This document shows, in pieces, positions 13,064-29,584 of a stretch of 64,000 nucleotides of DNA. The translations under genes were made by a program, and so were the position numbers. The notes beneath the pieces were generated by a model, which made no database searches, was not told the DNA's origin, and was given only the letters and a program-made list of their open reading frames with translations. This DNA comes from Malacoraja senta (Eukaryota). The stretch spans positions 3,722,001-3,786,000 of the forward strand of contig CM075994.1 in NCBI GenBank assembly GCA_038087875.1, in the 5' to 3' direction. Numbering within the stretch: the stretch's first letter is position 1; each line of letters opens with the position of its first letter.

Positions 13064-15421
13064 TAGAGGGTGAATGAAATTACGACCGGTATGACAGATA
13101 GGCATAAACGAACAAATATGCGCACTATCCTAAACAATATCCGTCCGTCTGTCTGTCGGCCTGTCTGTCTGTCTGTTTGTCTCTGTCTGTCTCTGTCCGT
13201 CTGTCTGTCTCTGTCTCTCTGTCTGTCTGTCTGCCTGTATGTCTGTCTGTGTATATCTATCCGTATATCTATGTTTAGATATATTGGTTCTTCTACAGAA
13301 AGGTATACCTTTTTAATGAGAACGGTAGCTGGCCTAAGAAGGATCCCGACCCGAAACGATCCGTGCGCATTCCCTCCCGAGATGCTGCCTGACACACGGA
13401 GTTCCTCCGGCATTTTGTGCTTTGCTCATGATTCAGGCACATGCAGTCCATGTAGCCGCGAAAGGGAGATATTTGTTAATTAAGGATATCAAGTATACGA
13501 AGCTGGGGGCGGGGGGGAGGGGTGGTGCGGGGGCGGGGTAATTTTGTGAAGTGCATTATGAGCTACAATCCAAATAAACCTGGCTAGGGATAATTTAATC
13601 TTGTTTATCGTGCTTCTTTCTGTTTCAAAACTGTTAACATGCATGTAATTTGATATCCTGCGCAATAAGCTAGGGCTTTAGAATATCGAAGCTCAAGTTG
13701 CCTTCTTGAAACTCTTCCTTCTGCTTTTTGTATGGGCAGTTAATTTAGTTATAATTAAAGCACAAGCGATGAAAGCTAATCAATAAATGGAAGTGATATT
13801 TTTTAATTTGTTATTTTTGTATAGTTTCCATTCATTGCCACAATTTATTTTTGTATACTTTCCGTTCATTGCCTTCATCTATTCTTATTGTAACATAAGG
13901 GTTTAATATGACATCCCAAAGTGGCATGTTATAATTTTGATAAGTACGTAACATTACTTGACAAACCGATCTTTCTTTAATGCATTTAGCAATCTTGCAT
14001 TAATAAGCGAGTTCAGTATTCCAAAAAACGCAAGGAATCATGGGATGTGTCAAAGGTTGAACGTTATAAATAAAAATCGTAAGAAGCGCTGTAGATTCAG
14101 TGAGTATAGTTTGGGTTTTATTTTCTTTTTTCAGATGGACACCGGTGGGTAGACCGTGGAGGAAAACCGGGGGGGAGATACCAGGCGGATCGGGGGGGGG
14201 AGTGGAGAGCGGGCGGGCCGGAGGGGGTGGGAGGAGAGACAGGGTGGGGGGAAGACCGGGCGGGCGGGGGGAGACTGGGCGGGCGTGGGGGGGGGGGAGC
14301 CCGGACGGACGGAGGGCGGGGGGAGAGTCTGGGCGGGGTGGCAACCAGCAAGCGCCATGGAACCGCCACTGGACCGTCCCGGTCAACCCCGTCCCCCACT
14401 CGAGTGTTCGAGTGTCCCATCAGCGCCCGGGGGACGCCCGGAGACGTCCGACTGGGCAACGGCCCCAGACCCTGCGCGGAAAAGCGCCAACCCCAGCTCT
14501 CAAACGCCTCTCCCTCCATGCCAACCGACAGCCCGGATCGACAACACCAGCGGCCCCAGATCCTCAGAACCCACAGAACCCACAGATTCTCCACATCCCT
14601 CCCATGTTTGGGAGGTGGCGGACAACCCCCCCCCCCCACACCCCCCCCCCCCCCCCCCCGCCATGTTTTGTAATCCGGATTTTGAAATTCGGTGAAACAA
14701 ATCTATCAAAATCTCCGCTTTCCGCGAGACAGTGGGGGTGTTATTGTTCAGCGCTTGTTAAATGTCTTATTATCAACGTATTATCACGATGTGCCACTAA
14801 TTGTGTTTTGACCTTCATCTCTAACTGAGATTATTCACGGATAATATCTTAAAGCTGCCTGACGTTGGTACAATTACCATTTGAACTGATTGCATGTATT
14901 GATGGATGGGAAAGAGTTAAACGGGTATCGGATTTAAACGGGTCAGGTCATTAAGGGCTCCAGTCCAAGGGCTTCTTGGTTGGCTTGCAGGTAAGTCCCT
15001 CATTCACGGTCACTCACGTTATTTATATTTGTTCCCATCTCTCTCTCTCTCCCTCCTCCAAGGTTGGTTCTTCTGTTTGTTCAGTTTTAGTGTTATTTAT
15101 CACATTGTAGCTTTTGAAAGATCCAAGTGGGTATCAGACGCTTTCTAAGGGCTGAATCGGCCCGTTCGCTAGGCCTTTAATCGCCCGGGCGGCTTAAAAT
15201 CAAACTGCTGTGATTTGATTTAAGGAGATCGAGGCTCGCGATGTTCAAGCCCCGCCGGTCGATTTTAAGCCGTGCCGCGCGATAAAGGCCCCGCAAACGG
15301 GCCGATTCAAACCTCATGATCTGGGGCGGACAAAGCTGCTGTTGCTGGAGTTCGGAGTCGGTCACCAACCAGTTCAGCTCCCGATGCTACCGTCCAGAGG
15401 GCCAACGGCCGAGCCTCGCGC

Positions 15422-15578
<157 letters not shown>

Positions 15579-15689
15579 CGCGCGCACGCGGCCACCAAGA
15601 AACCGTGGTCCCCCAAATCGTGTGTCCCCCCCATGTTTGAGCCCACAGAACCACAGCCAGCGCCAACTCCAGCCCAACCCCGCTCCAAC

Positions 15690-15900
15690 TCCAGATTAAC
15701 TCGCTCCCCGATGTGCCGCTACGGCGACAAGTGCCAGTTCGCCCACGGCATCAGCCGCTACCTCACGTACAAGCCGTACCTTGCACACCACCGGTTTTTG
15801 CCCCTACGGTATCCGCTGCCACTTCATGCACAACCCAAGGAGGAGCGATACCCCAGCCTCGCCTGTGCCAGAGCGCCAGCCGGGGCTCAGCCTCCTCCGG
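15690..15900 (+). pseudogene. ZFP36/TIS11-family tandem CCCH zinc-finger relic
   Basis: CRYGDKCQFAHG, then after small deletions and a frameshift HTTGFCPYGIRCHFMHN. Confidence 0.85.
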
Positions 15901-16968
15901 CCCGGCGATCGAATGTGCCGCGCTGGGGGCTGCCTTCAGCACCGACCTGGAGTTAGAGCTGGTCCGGATTCCGGGCTTGTGGGCTGGGCAAGAGAGGGGG
16001 AGGAGGTTCCTGCTGCCGGCAGCACCACCAACACCAAACACTACCCGCGGCTCCAATCCGAGATAGGTGAGCCGAGGCTTTCGGGCCTGCCCGGTGCGCG
16101 GCAGACGAGTCAGGCCGGCAGGTGTTCTGGTCGTGGGTTCATGCATTTCCGTGCGTTGTCATGAATTTCGGGGGCCAAAGAGAAAGCAATACCAGAAGGG
16201 TTAATTAATTGTTATTATTACAATGCGTGTAATGAACTATCTTTCTTTTTAATGGGCTTCCATATAGCCAAGTTGTAAATATTAGGTAATAGAATAATAG
16301 AAGGTATGACATTAAATGCTAGTGATAAAAAAATGAAACACTTTCCACTGTGGTGACCAACCAAGGCTCATATAGCGTATCGGTGTTGATGCTTTATTGA
16401 TGTGATTCCAAAACCTAATCAGGTCTTGGAGCTGGTTACGCATCGAGATATCGGTAGGTAAATGTAAGTAAATATTTATCGTCGGGGGGAGGTAATTCTC
16501 GTATACGTGCCCAGGATTTGCGGGTTATGCAAGTTGACCCTACCAACACTGCAATTGCCCTAACGATTCCCTCGCGTTTTGCTTCGGAAATGGTTGGGAA
16601 GAATACTTGTCAGGAAAGGTAGTAATATTTAAAGCCCATCCCCCGACGTTAAACAATAGAATGAGTCACCGACGTAATATTTTCATGAGCTGTACCCATA
16701 AAGACGTAACGACTAAATATGCGAGTTGGGATATAGACATTGGCGTGTGCAAGTAAAGGGATATATTGGCAATCTATTTTGGAATAATATAATCAAATAT
16801 TTATCATTCAACCAAATTGCTTGCATTTTGGGGAACCCCTCCGTACATTCAGACGGAACAGAACATAATGAAACTGGTAATTCGGTCCACAATGTCGGTG
16901 CCGAACATGATGCCAGTCTAACCTAATCACCTCTGCTTTCACGTAACCCAAGTATCTCCATTTCCAGT

Positions 16969-17671
16969 TGTGGAAGAAATTAATTTAAATGGAAATTAAA
17001 GGAAAATGAAAAGCAGAAACTTCGCAGGTTTGCTTCAAGATACTTTGTTGCATGATGTCATGGAGAGATTGGCGGCAGTTAACTGCTCACCAGTTCTCTG
17101 ACTTCACAGCAGAATAAGCCAACAGTTATACTGTGCATCAAAAACTTTTGTTTTGTATTAGATGCAACTACACATAAATATACAATCTACTACATTGGTA
17201 TCATTTATCTAATTAGTCATAACATAGTTTTTCGTTTATATCAATCATATTCAATGACAGATGGTTAATACTAGTCAAACACAATGCAAGGCCATCTTGA
17301 CATTATTCTATCTCAACTTTATGTGGACCGCGCCGCCATCTCCTCTCCGAGCCAATCATAAACCCCCATTTACTGCAACGTATCGGCGCTACTAGCGGTA
17401 GGGGGCGCGGGTGGTCTGCTGTAACACACTGCTGAGAGAAACAAGCTTCCTTATCTCCGTCTACCATTTCATGTTTCCATTTACCATCCATCCTTCAACA
17501 CATTCCTACACATGAGGTAATACGTCTAATCATAATTTGCCGATTCCCACAAACCTTTTCTACACATGGTCAACGAGAGATGCCAATTGTCACATCCAAA
17601 CTACCATCCGTTACCTTGTTTAATTCCAAACAAAATTAAGTAAGAAAAGGATGCTATTTTTTTCTTCCGCT
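16969..17671 (-). repeat. ERV 3' LTR
   Basis: Colinear with 28817-29584; begins tgtggaagaaa; degenerate purine tract adjacent (~17673-17684, minus). Confidence 0.9.
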
Positions 17672-18149
17672 GTTCCATCCTTGGTGATCTTTTTGATCAA
17701 CACTTATAATAAGAAAGGATATTAATATTTTCTCCCATTAATCACTTGCAAAAATGGAGGCATATCTGTCCGATTATAATTTTGGTTGAACCCCGGCCTA
17801 GTGTTAGCAAAGGGATACTTCCTTCTGCATATGAAGGCACAAACAGAACCTTCTAATCAGATAAGGACGCTTTTTTTTCTTACAGCAGCGAGTTCACTGT
17901 GTTCTGTGAGAAAGTTGTGAGTTGAATTTCATATTCCCATTTCTGCCTGCATCCTGTTTCTTGTAAATATCTAGATGCCCCTCGTCACCCTCGTATCCTC
18001 TATGATCCCATATAATGTTAATATATTCATAAGTATTTAATGCTACAAAGATAGTTAATAAAGAATATGTCTACTTTTTCAAACTTTATTGTCACTACAT
18101 AATTGTACGGTTCCTTTGTTTCGTTCTCATCGAGGATTCCGTCTGAGTG

Positions 18150-21100
18150 ATGCAGTTTACATCTGGTGGAAGTGTATCCAGTTGTGTTTTTATTTTACTT
18201 TTACTGCTGTCCATGTTGTAAGTAGCGCCAAATATGGTCCTTTCAACCCTAGAAGAGAAATAATCTTTGGTCATTCACCGTACATAAACCTGATTTCTTG
18301 GTTTAAACGGGTGCACACTTCCTTCTGCCGGAGGTTCCTGTGCCTCCTTAACTTCTTCATAGATTTTACCAACTGTTTCACACATGGCTTGAACATATCT
18401 TAAGGATTTTTCATCATTCCTTATCAGCGCTACTTCTCAGGAGTCACTGGGGGTCGGGTTCCTGTTATCATAGGTTACCCCATCAATATCACCTGAGGTG
18501 TTAGGCCCGTGTTTCTATTTTTCTGATTTATCAGGGCACACATCACTACGGGCATGGCGTATGGCCACAACAATCTATTTTGCTGGCATACTTTGGCCAA
18601 AGTAGATTTTATCTCTCCATTTGTTCTTTCTATCATCCCTAAGGACTGTGGTTGATATGGTATATGTAATTTCCACTGGAACCCAAGTGCCTTCGACAAG
18701 TTTTCAACTAATTTACTGGTGAAATTAGTTCCATTGTCATTGTTTATTGCCCTGGTGTTTCCCGAATCTAGAATTATTTCTTTGATTAAAATATGGACTA
18801 CCGTCCTTGCATCATCCGTCCTAGTGGGATGTGTTGCCACGCATCCGAAGAACATATCAACTATGACCAGAATGTACTTAACACCCTTTGCTGCAGGCAT
18901 ATGTACAAAATCAATTTGCAAATTCTCTAAAGGCATTTCAGGTTATGGTAGGTGGTGAAATTTTGCAAGCATCTTCCCTCTATCATTTTGTTGACACACC
19001 AGACATGTTCTTCAAACTTTATTAATTATGACTGATATACCTGGTGCATACCATTGCTGGGACAAAGTGTGTGCCATCCGCCCTTTTCCCATGTGAGCCT
19101 GTACATGGGGTGGGCGAGCCAGGGAAAAATAGGCTCCTGGGCCAAACTACCCGACTATCAGGGTGCACCCAGTTAATGGGTTCTTGATACACCCTGCTTT
19201 ACTCCAGGAATTATTTTCCTGGGGGTGATGCTAGGCTCAGTGCATCTTGTAACTGGGTTACATCAATGCTACTCGGGAGATTTCTTTTTGGTGCAGACTT
19301 AATTTTAACCGCTTGTAATTGCGGGGTTTGCCTGACGGCAATTTGTTTGGCTACAAAATCAGCTGATCTGTTTCGCTTTGGTACTATTTTTTTTTAATTC
19401 TGATTATATGTTTTCTATAAATCTCTGTATGGTGTCCTTGAGACCTCGGTATAAGGCACCCGTAAATAAAATCCATTATTATTATTATTATCATCATCCG
19501 ATGATGTATGAACTTCGCATTTAATAACTGCAATTTTCCGTGGCAATTGAATGGCATCCAATAAATTCAAGACCACTTTATCATGCTTAATTGTCTTTCC
19601 TGTTAATGTGATGAATCCTCTATTCATCTATAACTGCCCAAAGTCATGTACAACCACAGACGCACAGAGAAAATCGATGTAGATATTAACACTTTTATCT
19701 TTTGCCAATATACAGGCACGAGTCAGGGCATACAGACAGCTGCCTGAGCAGGTGTTCGGGATGGCATGCCTCCAGCACTTGGTGTGATGCGACCACGGCA
19801 TATCCTGCTGATAATCTATTGTCGCGAGGTTGGTGTGAAGAGCCATCAGTAAATAAGACCAGGTCAGGTTTATCAATTGGATGACTCTGTATGTCCAGCC
19901 GGGGAGTGACAGTGGCTTCTACAAGCAATAGACAATCATGGTCGCATCCTTCTTCTGGCAGTAGTACAAAGGTAGCTGGGTTTATAGCAGGTGATCGCTG
20001 ATAGGTATAGTTCTGCTGTGATAAAAGGATAACTTCATATCCTGTTCTTTTAGCGGCTGTAAAATGCTGTGTAGCTGCTGAGTTCAATAATAACAACACG
20101 GCATGAGAAACAGTCACTACACACGGATGATCAAGAACGACGGGGATTGATGTTCCTATCATTGTGACCGCTGCCGCTAAAGCTCGCAAGCAGGCTGGCA
20201 TGCCATTTACTACAGCTGGTAAAGCCACGGAATAATAGGCTACCGATCTGTTTTCCCCCTCCAAGTTCTTGAGCCAGGATCCCAGTTGCAAACCCCTTTA
20301 ATTAATTTACATAAAGTTAAAAGGGCTTTTTTAAAATAATTTGGCAATCACAGTACCGCCTTTAGCTTTCTGAACGCCTGGTCTCTTTCTGCAGCCCATA
20401 CTACTCTAGAGGGCTCAGTCTGCCGGGTGGCTGGACGCAATGCTGTATCTAGTTCCCTGTATTCATAGATCCATTGTTTGCAGTAACCCACCATGCCTAA
20501 GAAGGAGAGGATGTCCTTCTTTGTCTTCGGGACCGGGACGTTCTCTATTGCCTTTATTCTATCTTTCCAAGTCTCCCTCTGTCTTCCCGCAGCTGGAATC
20601 GCAGATAATGTAATCTACGCTGGCAGAATTGTTATTTCTTCCAGAGATACTTTATGCCCTCTTCCTGCCAAATCTTGCAGCAAATGGTGAGTCTTCTTTA
20701 CAATTAGGACCTGTCACAGAGGCTCCCAAAAGGTCATCGACGTAGACCTATCTGATAATTGTCATTCCTCATGACCACTTTTCACTGTTGCTGCATATAC
20801 GGCCGGGCTTTCAGAATACGCCTGGGGTAACCTAGTCCAGGAGTATTGTACATCTTTGTAGGTAAAATCAAACAGGAACTGGCTGTCTTTATGCAGGGGT
20901 ATGGAGAAAAAGGGAGAACATAGGTCAATTACTGTAAAAGTGTCGGCTTCCGCCGGTATTGATGTCAGAATAATATTGGTGTCAGGTACTAAAGGAGCAA
21001 TCGGGATTGTTAATAGCTCTAAGGTCTGGGGCAAAACGCCATTCATTAAGTCTTCCCACTTTTGGGATTGGCAGAATGGAAATAGTACACGGACTTTGCG

Positions 21101-21510
21101 TTTTTACTTATACTCCTTGTTGAAATAAAGATATGATGATTATAGCTATCCCTGCTACGGCCTCCGGGGTCAGTCGATATTATTTTAAACATGGCAAAGC
21201 AGCACCCTTTTTTAAAGTCACTTTATGTTCAGGGGCTGAGTGCACTCGCCCCACATGATTCTGATGCTTTGCCCATGGTTCAAAGGGTACTTGGACCTGA
21301 GCCATTGGTAACCTTGACTGATCCTCAGTAGGCGGCTGTTGCTTTTCGAAAATAGTGTCGCATTCCTTTCTGACCCACGTGATATTTCCTTCTGTATCAT
21401 TAAAGAAGCCAATCTGGATCTCTCCTTTTGTCATTGGCAACTTCAAAACATGAATTGACTGTTTGTCCTTCAGCCTTTAAAAAAAAAAAATTATCCTATT
21501 ACTTGCGCAG
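18150..21510 (-). pseudogene. pol: Retroviral pol (RT, RNase H, integrase) with stops and frameshifts
   Basis: VIDLCSPFFSIPL, RLPQAYSESP, YVDD at 20733-20744, LFTDGSS, LQIDFVHMP..DNGTNF..IERTNG, GPY motif near 18235. Confidence 0.93.
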
Positions 21511-21520
21511 TTGCTGGAGG

Positions 21521-22878
21521 TCAATAGACAATAGACAATACACAGTCGACAATTGGTGCAAGATGATCATCCACAATCAGTATCCGTTCCTGCCTTATCC
21601 CCATACCCCCCTTGACTTCGCTCTTTAAGAGTTCTATCGAAATCTCTTGAAAGCATCCAGAGAATTGGTCTTCACTGCCTTCTGACGCAGAGAATTCCAC
21701 ACATTTACAACTCTCTGGGTGAAAAACACGTTTCTCATCTCCGTTCTAAATGGTCTACCCCTTCTTCTTAAACTGTGGCCCCTGGTTCTGGACTCCCCCA
21801 ACATTGGGAAACTGTTTCCTGCCTGCAGCGACTCCAATCCCTTAACAATCTTATAGGTTTCAATAAGATCCCCTCTCATCATTCTAAATTCCAATGTAAA
21901 CAAGCCCAGTTGCTCCATTCTCTGAATATTTGACAGTCCCGCCATCCCGGGAATTAACCCCGTGAACGTACGCTGCACTCCCTTAATAGCAAGCATGGAC
22001 TTCCTCAAATTTGGAGACCAAACATGCACACAAAACTTCAGGTGTGGTCTCACTAGGGCCCTGTACAACTGCAGAAGAACCTCCTTGCTCCTATAATCAA
22101 CACCCCTTGTTATGAAGGCCAACATGCCGTTAGCTTTCTTCACTGCCTGCTGTACCTACATGCTTACTTTCAGTGACTGATACATAGATACATAGATACA
22201 TAGAAATTAGGTGCAGGAGTAGGCCATTCGGCCCTTCGAGCCTGCACCGCCATTCAATACGATCATGGCTGATCATCCAACTCAGTATCCCGTACCTGCC
22301 TTCTCTCCATACCCCCTGATCCCTTTAGCCACAAGGGCCACATCTAATTCCCTCTTAAATATAGCCAATGAACTGGCCTCAACTACCCTCTGTGGCAGAG
22401 AGTTCCAGAGATTCACCACTCTCTGTGTGAAAAAGTTTTTCCTGATGAACAAGGATCCCCCAGATCTCGTTTTACTTCCCCCTTTCCCAACTTGACATCA
22501 TTTAGATAAGAATCTATCTTCCTGTTTTTGCCACCAAAGTGGATAAACTCACATTTATCTACATTAAACTGCATCTGCCATACACCTGCCCACTCACCCA
22601 ACAAGTCTTAGTCACCCTGCAACCTCACAGCATCCGACTCACAGTCCACACTGCCACCCAGCTTTGTGTCATCTGCAAATTTGCTAATGTTACTTTTAAT
22701 CCCTTCATCTAAATCATTAATATATATTGTAAATAGCTGCGGTCCCAGCACCGAGCCTTGCGATACCCCACTAGTTACTGCCTGCCATTCGGAAAGGGAA
22801 CCGTTACTCCCCACTGTTTGCTTCCTGTTTGCCAACCAGTTAACTATCCATATCAGTACCCTACTCCCAATACAATGT
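21521..22878 (-). mobile_element. CR1-type LINE 3' part nested in the ERV, itself interrupted by a short CR1 3' end (~22181-22443)
   Basis: [40 protein letters not shown]; (caataga)n and (tacataga)n tails. Confidence 0.9.
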
Positions 22879-22879
22879 A

Positions 22880-23400
22880 GCTGTGGTCAGGTGTGAATCA
22901 GAAGTGTCTCCCCTCTTAAATCGATTCATTTGATTTGAGAGATGTGCAATATTATTCCTAATCCCGGGACCGCAAAAAACAAATAACGGGTCACTGTTTA
23001 TTTTTCGAGTTTAGTCAACCTGGGGGAGACACTTTCCTGGCATCCCGGATTTGGGAGGCGCGTATATAATGCAGTACAATGCGTTCGCTTATGTTCTAGG
23101 CTGGTTTCAACAAGATACTGTAAATACTGGCCTTTTGAATCGTGTACTCTTTGCAGAGCACAATGGGTTTGATTAATCAATTGCCTGTACGGATTGCTAC
23201 TCAATTGCCAATAATATAGGATGGGCATCTTTTGCCCTTGTTCCTTCTCCTTAATTAAATTTAGCAATTGTTGTGTCTGCATTTGAGGGAGTGCCATAAA
23301 CCTGCCGTCTGCAGTACAGTGTAAGACGGCTCCCAGCTTGCACAGAGCCTGCTTTCCCAGTAACGGGAGTGGGGCTGTTCTAGAGTTTAAACATCTAAAA
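22880..23400 (-). pseudogene. Protease C-terminal remnant plus candidate 2H-phosphoesterase domain
   Basis: PLLGKQALCKLG, then YYWQL...HCTALY (23073-23081) and a second HxS/T candidate at 22938-22946 or 22885-22893. Confidence 0.6.
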
Positions 23401-23439
23401 GGGGCTGGACACCCTATCTGTTGGGCGTTCCCTTGCTGT

Positions 23440-26600
<3,161 letters not shown>

Positions 26601-26734
26601 CACCGGTTTTCTTCCGTCCGCAAATCTCGAAGTCACCTTTCAATTTTTATAGCGCGCTATGGCACCTGCTTTAAATTATTCTACGTCCAGCGTGAGTAAA
26701 TTATCTTCTCCACTATTTCGCCTCACCCCACAGG

Positions 26735-28624
26735 CAATGTTCCTTCCAATTTCAAGTAGTTCGTGTGCGCAGAAATCTTCTATTGTGCAGTTTTTTATGC
26801 TGTTACAAATGTGTGTGCGCACTGAATTTTTGTGCAAATTATATGACCTCGTGAGCTTCTGTTGTAGCAAATTTCAGTATTTCGTTAAGCCATTCAACTT
26901 TAAACCAGCTTGCAGTTCTTTTACGCTTCACACCATTTGCATCCTTTGAATTTGAAATGGTGAATCAAAATTTCTTTCAATAAAAACCTCAATAAGCCAG
27001 CTACAGAATTTCAAATGGTAAACTGTACAATAAAGTCAATATGATTGTGAGATTTTTAGGAATAGATATAAATTATATATTGTATAACTATAATTATTGA
27101 TTTCTACATTTTATGTAACATTGTAGTGTCTATGACATACAGACTCTTGAATGCTTTCGTTTTGCAAATGAAACAGTTCTTTAGTTTAACATTGTAACAA
27201 GCCCCCCTACCCATCTCTCTTCCCCCTCTCTCCTCCACCTCTCCTCCCCACTCTTTCCACCATCTCCCCCTCTCTCCTCCACCTGTCCACTCTCCTCTCC
27301 TCCACCTCCCCTCTTTCCTCCAGTCTCTCCTCCACACCCTCTCTTCCCCCCTTCTCTCCTCCCCCTCTCCTCCTCCTCTCTCCTCCCCCTCTCGCCTCCC
27401 CCTCTCTCTTCTCCCTCCCTCCCCCACCTCTGCCACTCTCTCCTCCCCTCTCACCTCCCCCACTCTCCTCCACCTCCCCTCTCCTCCACCTCTTCTCCCC
27501 TCTCTCCTCCCCCCTCCTCCATTACACCTCTCCCCCCTCTGTCCCACTCTCTCGTCCACTCGTCCCCTCTCTCCACCATCTCGCCTCCAACTCTCACCAT
27601 CTCTCCGCCTCTCCTCCTCTCCCTCCTCCCCGCCCCCTCTCTCCTCCACCTATCACCCTCTCTCATCCTCCCTCTCCCCTGCCCCTCTCCCCTCCCCCTC
27701 TCACCTACTCCTCTCTCCTCCCCCTCGCTCCTGCCCCTCGCTCCTCCCCCTCGCTGCTCCACCCCTCTCTCCTTCCCCTGTCTCCTCCCTCTCTTTTCCA
27801 GCTCTCCCACCCTCTCTCCTCCCCCCTCTTTCCTCCACCTCTACACCCTCTCTCCCCCCTCTACCCCTCTCTCCAAAACCCCTCCCCTTCTCCCCCCCCT
27901 CTCTCCACCTCTCCCCCTCTCTCCTCCTCCCTCTCCCCTGCCCCTCTCCTCCACCTCGCTCCTCCCCCTCGCTCGTCCACTCCCTCTCTCCTCCCCTCTC
28001 TCCTCCCCTCCTCTCCCTCTCTTTTCCAGCTCTCCCACCCTCTCTCATCCACCCAGTCTCTCCTCCCCTATTTCCTCCACCTCTACACCATCTCTCCACC
28101 CCCCTCTACCTCTCCTCCTCTCTCCTCCTCCATCTCCCCTCCCCATTACCATCCCCCCCTCTTCCCCCTTCTCAGCCTCTTCCATCTCCCCCCCTCTCTC
28201 ATTTCCTTTCCTCATTCCCTCTCTCCCTTTCCCCCACCCCTCCCTCTCCCTCCTCTCCAAGGACCAATCCCGTCAATTTAGCGCTGGGTTCCTGCCAACA
28301 GCGCAACTATCTTTGAGGATATCGACCCTGGCCAAAGATCATGGCCCTGGCCCTCCCCCGAGTGAAGCGCAGGGACAGATGCGGCGCCCACGGATCCGAT
28401 TCCCCCGATACCAGTGCGGGCTACAGCTGTCCCAGTGCCGGAACGGGACGCGGATTTTGAAATATGGAAAAAAAAACCATCCGCTATAATTTCTCCGCTA
28501 TCATTTATAACGGCGATTTTTTTTCCGAATTTCAAAATCCTTTGTGCGTACATAAATGTTCTTTGTGCACTGGTTTCAAAACTTGTGTGCGCGCTCACAC
28601 ACGCGCAGCTTAGAGGGAACACTG
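26735..28624. mobile_element. Non-autonomous hAT-type DNA transposon in the ERV leader
   Basis: Imperfect TIRs caatgttccttccaa / ttagagggaacactg; perfect 8-bp TSD cccacagg (26727-26734, 28625-28632). Confidence 0.85.
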
Positions 28625-28794
28625 CCCACAGGCCTATTGACTAAGCGTGAGTCACCAGCCAGTTAATCTAAGTTGCCTGGGGTCTCTCCCTGCTTGCTGG
28701 GAAGCCCCCCCCCCCTGACCCTCTTTCTGTGGGGACTATTTTATCATTCCCTTTTATTTCCCCTTGTATACGTTCGAATCCCGTTTCAATTGGG

Positions 28795-28812
28795 ATCCTG
28801 CCGACTACGACA
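28795..28812 (-). promoter_or_regulatory. Primer binding site complementary to the tRNA-Ser 3' end
   Basis: Minus strand TGTCGTAGTCGGCAGGAT vs TGGCGTAGTCGGCAGGAT recalled for vertebrate tRNA-Ser (17/18), 4 nt from the LTR. Confidence 0.85.
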
Positions 28813-28816
28813 ATTC

Positions 28817-28903
28817 TGTGGAATCAATTAATTTAGATGGAAATTAAAGGAAAATGAAAAGAGGAGACTTCGCAGGTTTTCTTCAAGCGACTTCATTGCA
28901 TGA

Positions 28904-28947
<44 letters not shown>

Positions 28948-29584
28948 TATGGAGAGATGACGGCAGTTAACTGCTCACCAGTTCTCTGACTTCGCAGCAG
29001 AATTAGCCGACAGTTACACTGTGCAGTAACTTCTGTTTTTTGATAGATACAACTATTCAAAAATATACTATCGACTACATGGGTACCAATTATTTTATTA
29101 GACATAGCATACTTTTTTAATGTCAATCTTATTCAACAACAGATGGTTAATAGAAGTCAAACACAATACAAGGGCATATTGACATTATTTCATCTCACCC
29201 TTTAGGCTAACCGCGCCACCATCCCCTCTCCGTGCCAAGCATAAGCCCCCCCCCCTCCCCCTCCCCCCCCCCCCCCCCCCACCATTTATTGCAACGTATC
29301 TACGCTACCAGCGGTAGTGGGCGTGGGTGATCTCCTGTAACACACTTCTGAGAGAAACAAGCTTCCTTATCTCCGTACACTATTTCATGTTTACATTTAC
29401 CACCCACCCTTCAACTCATTCTGAGACACGAGCTAATACGTATAATCATACTTTGCCGATTCCCGCGAACTTCTTCTACACCTGGTCAAAGAGAGATGCC
29501 AATTGTCACATTCAAACACCCTTTCGTTACATTGTTCAATTCAATCAAAATTATGTAAGAAAGTATATATATTTTTCTTCCTCA
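28817..29584 (-). repeat. ERV 5' LTR
   Basis: tgtggaa...tttcttcctca (TG..CA); homologous to 16969-17671 with added (att)n and poly-C. Confidence 0.9.

Noticed and set aside
14000..14828. Several Pro/Gly-rich ORFs on both strands
   Set aside because: GC-rich low-complexity sequence with no recognisable domain
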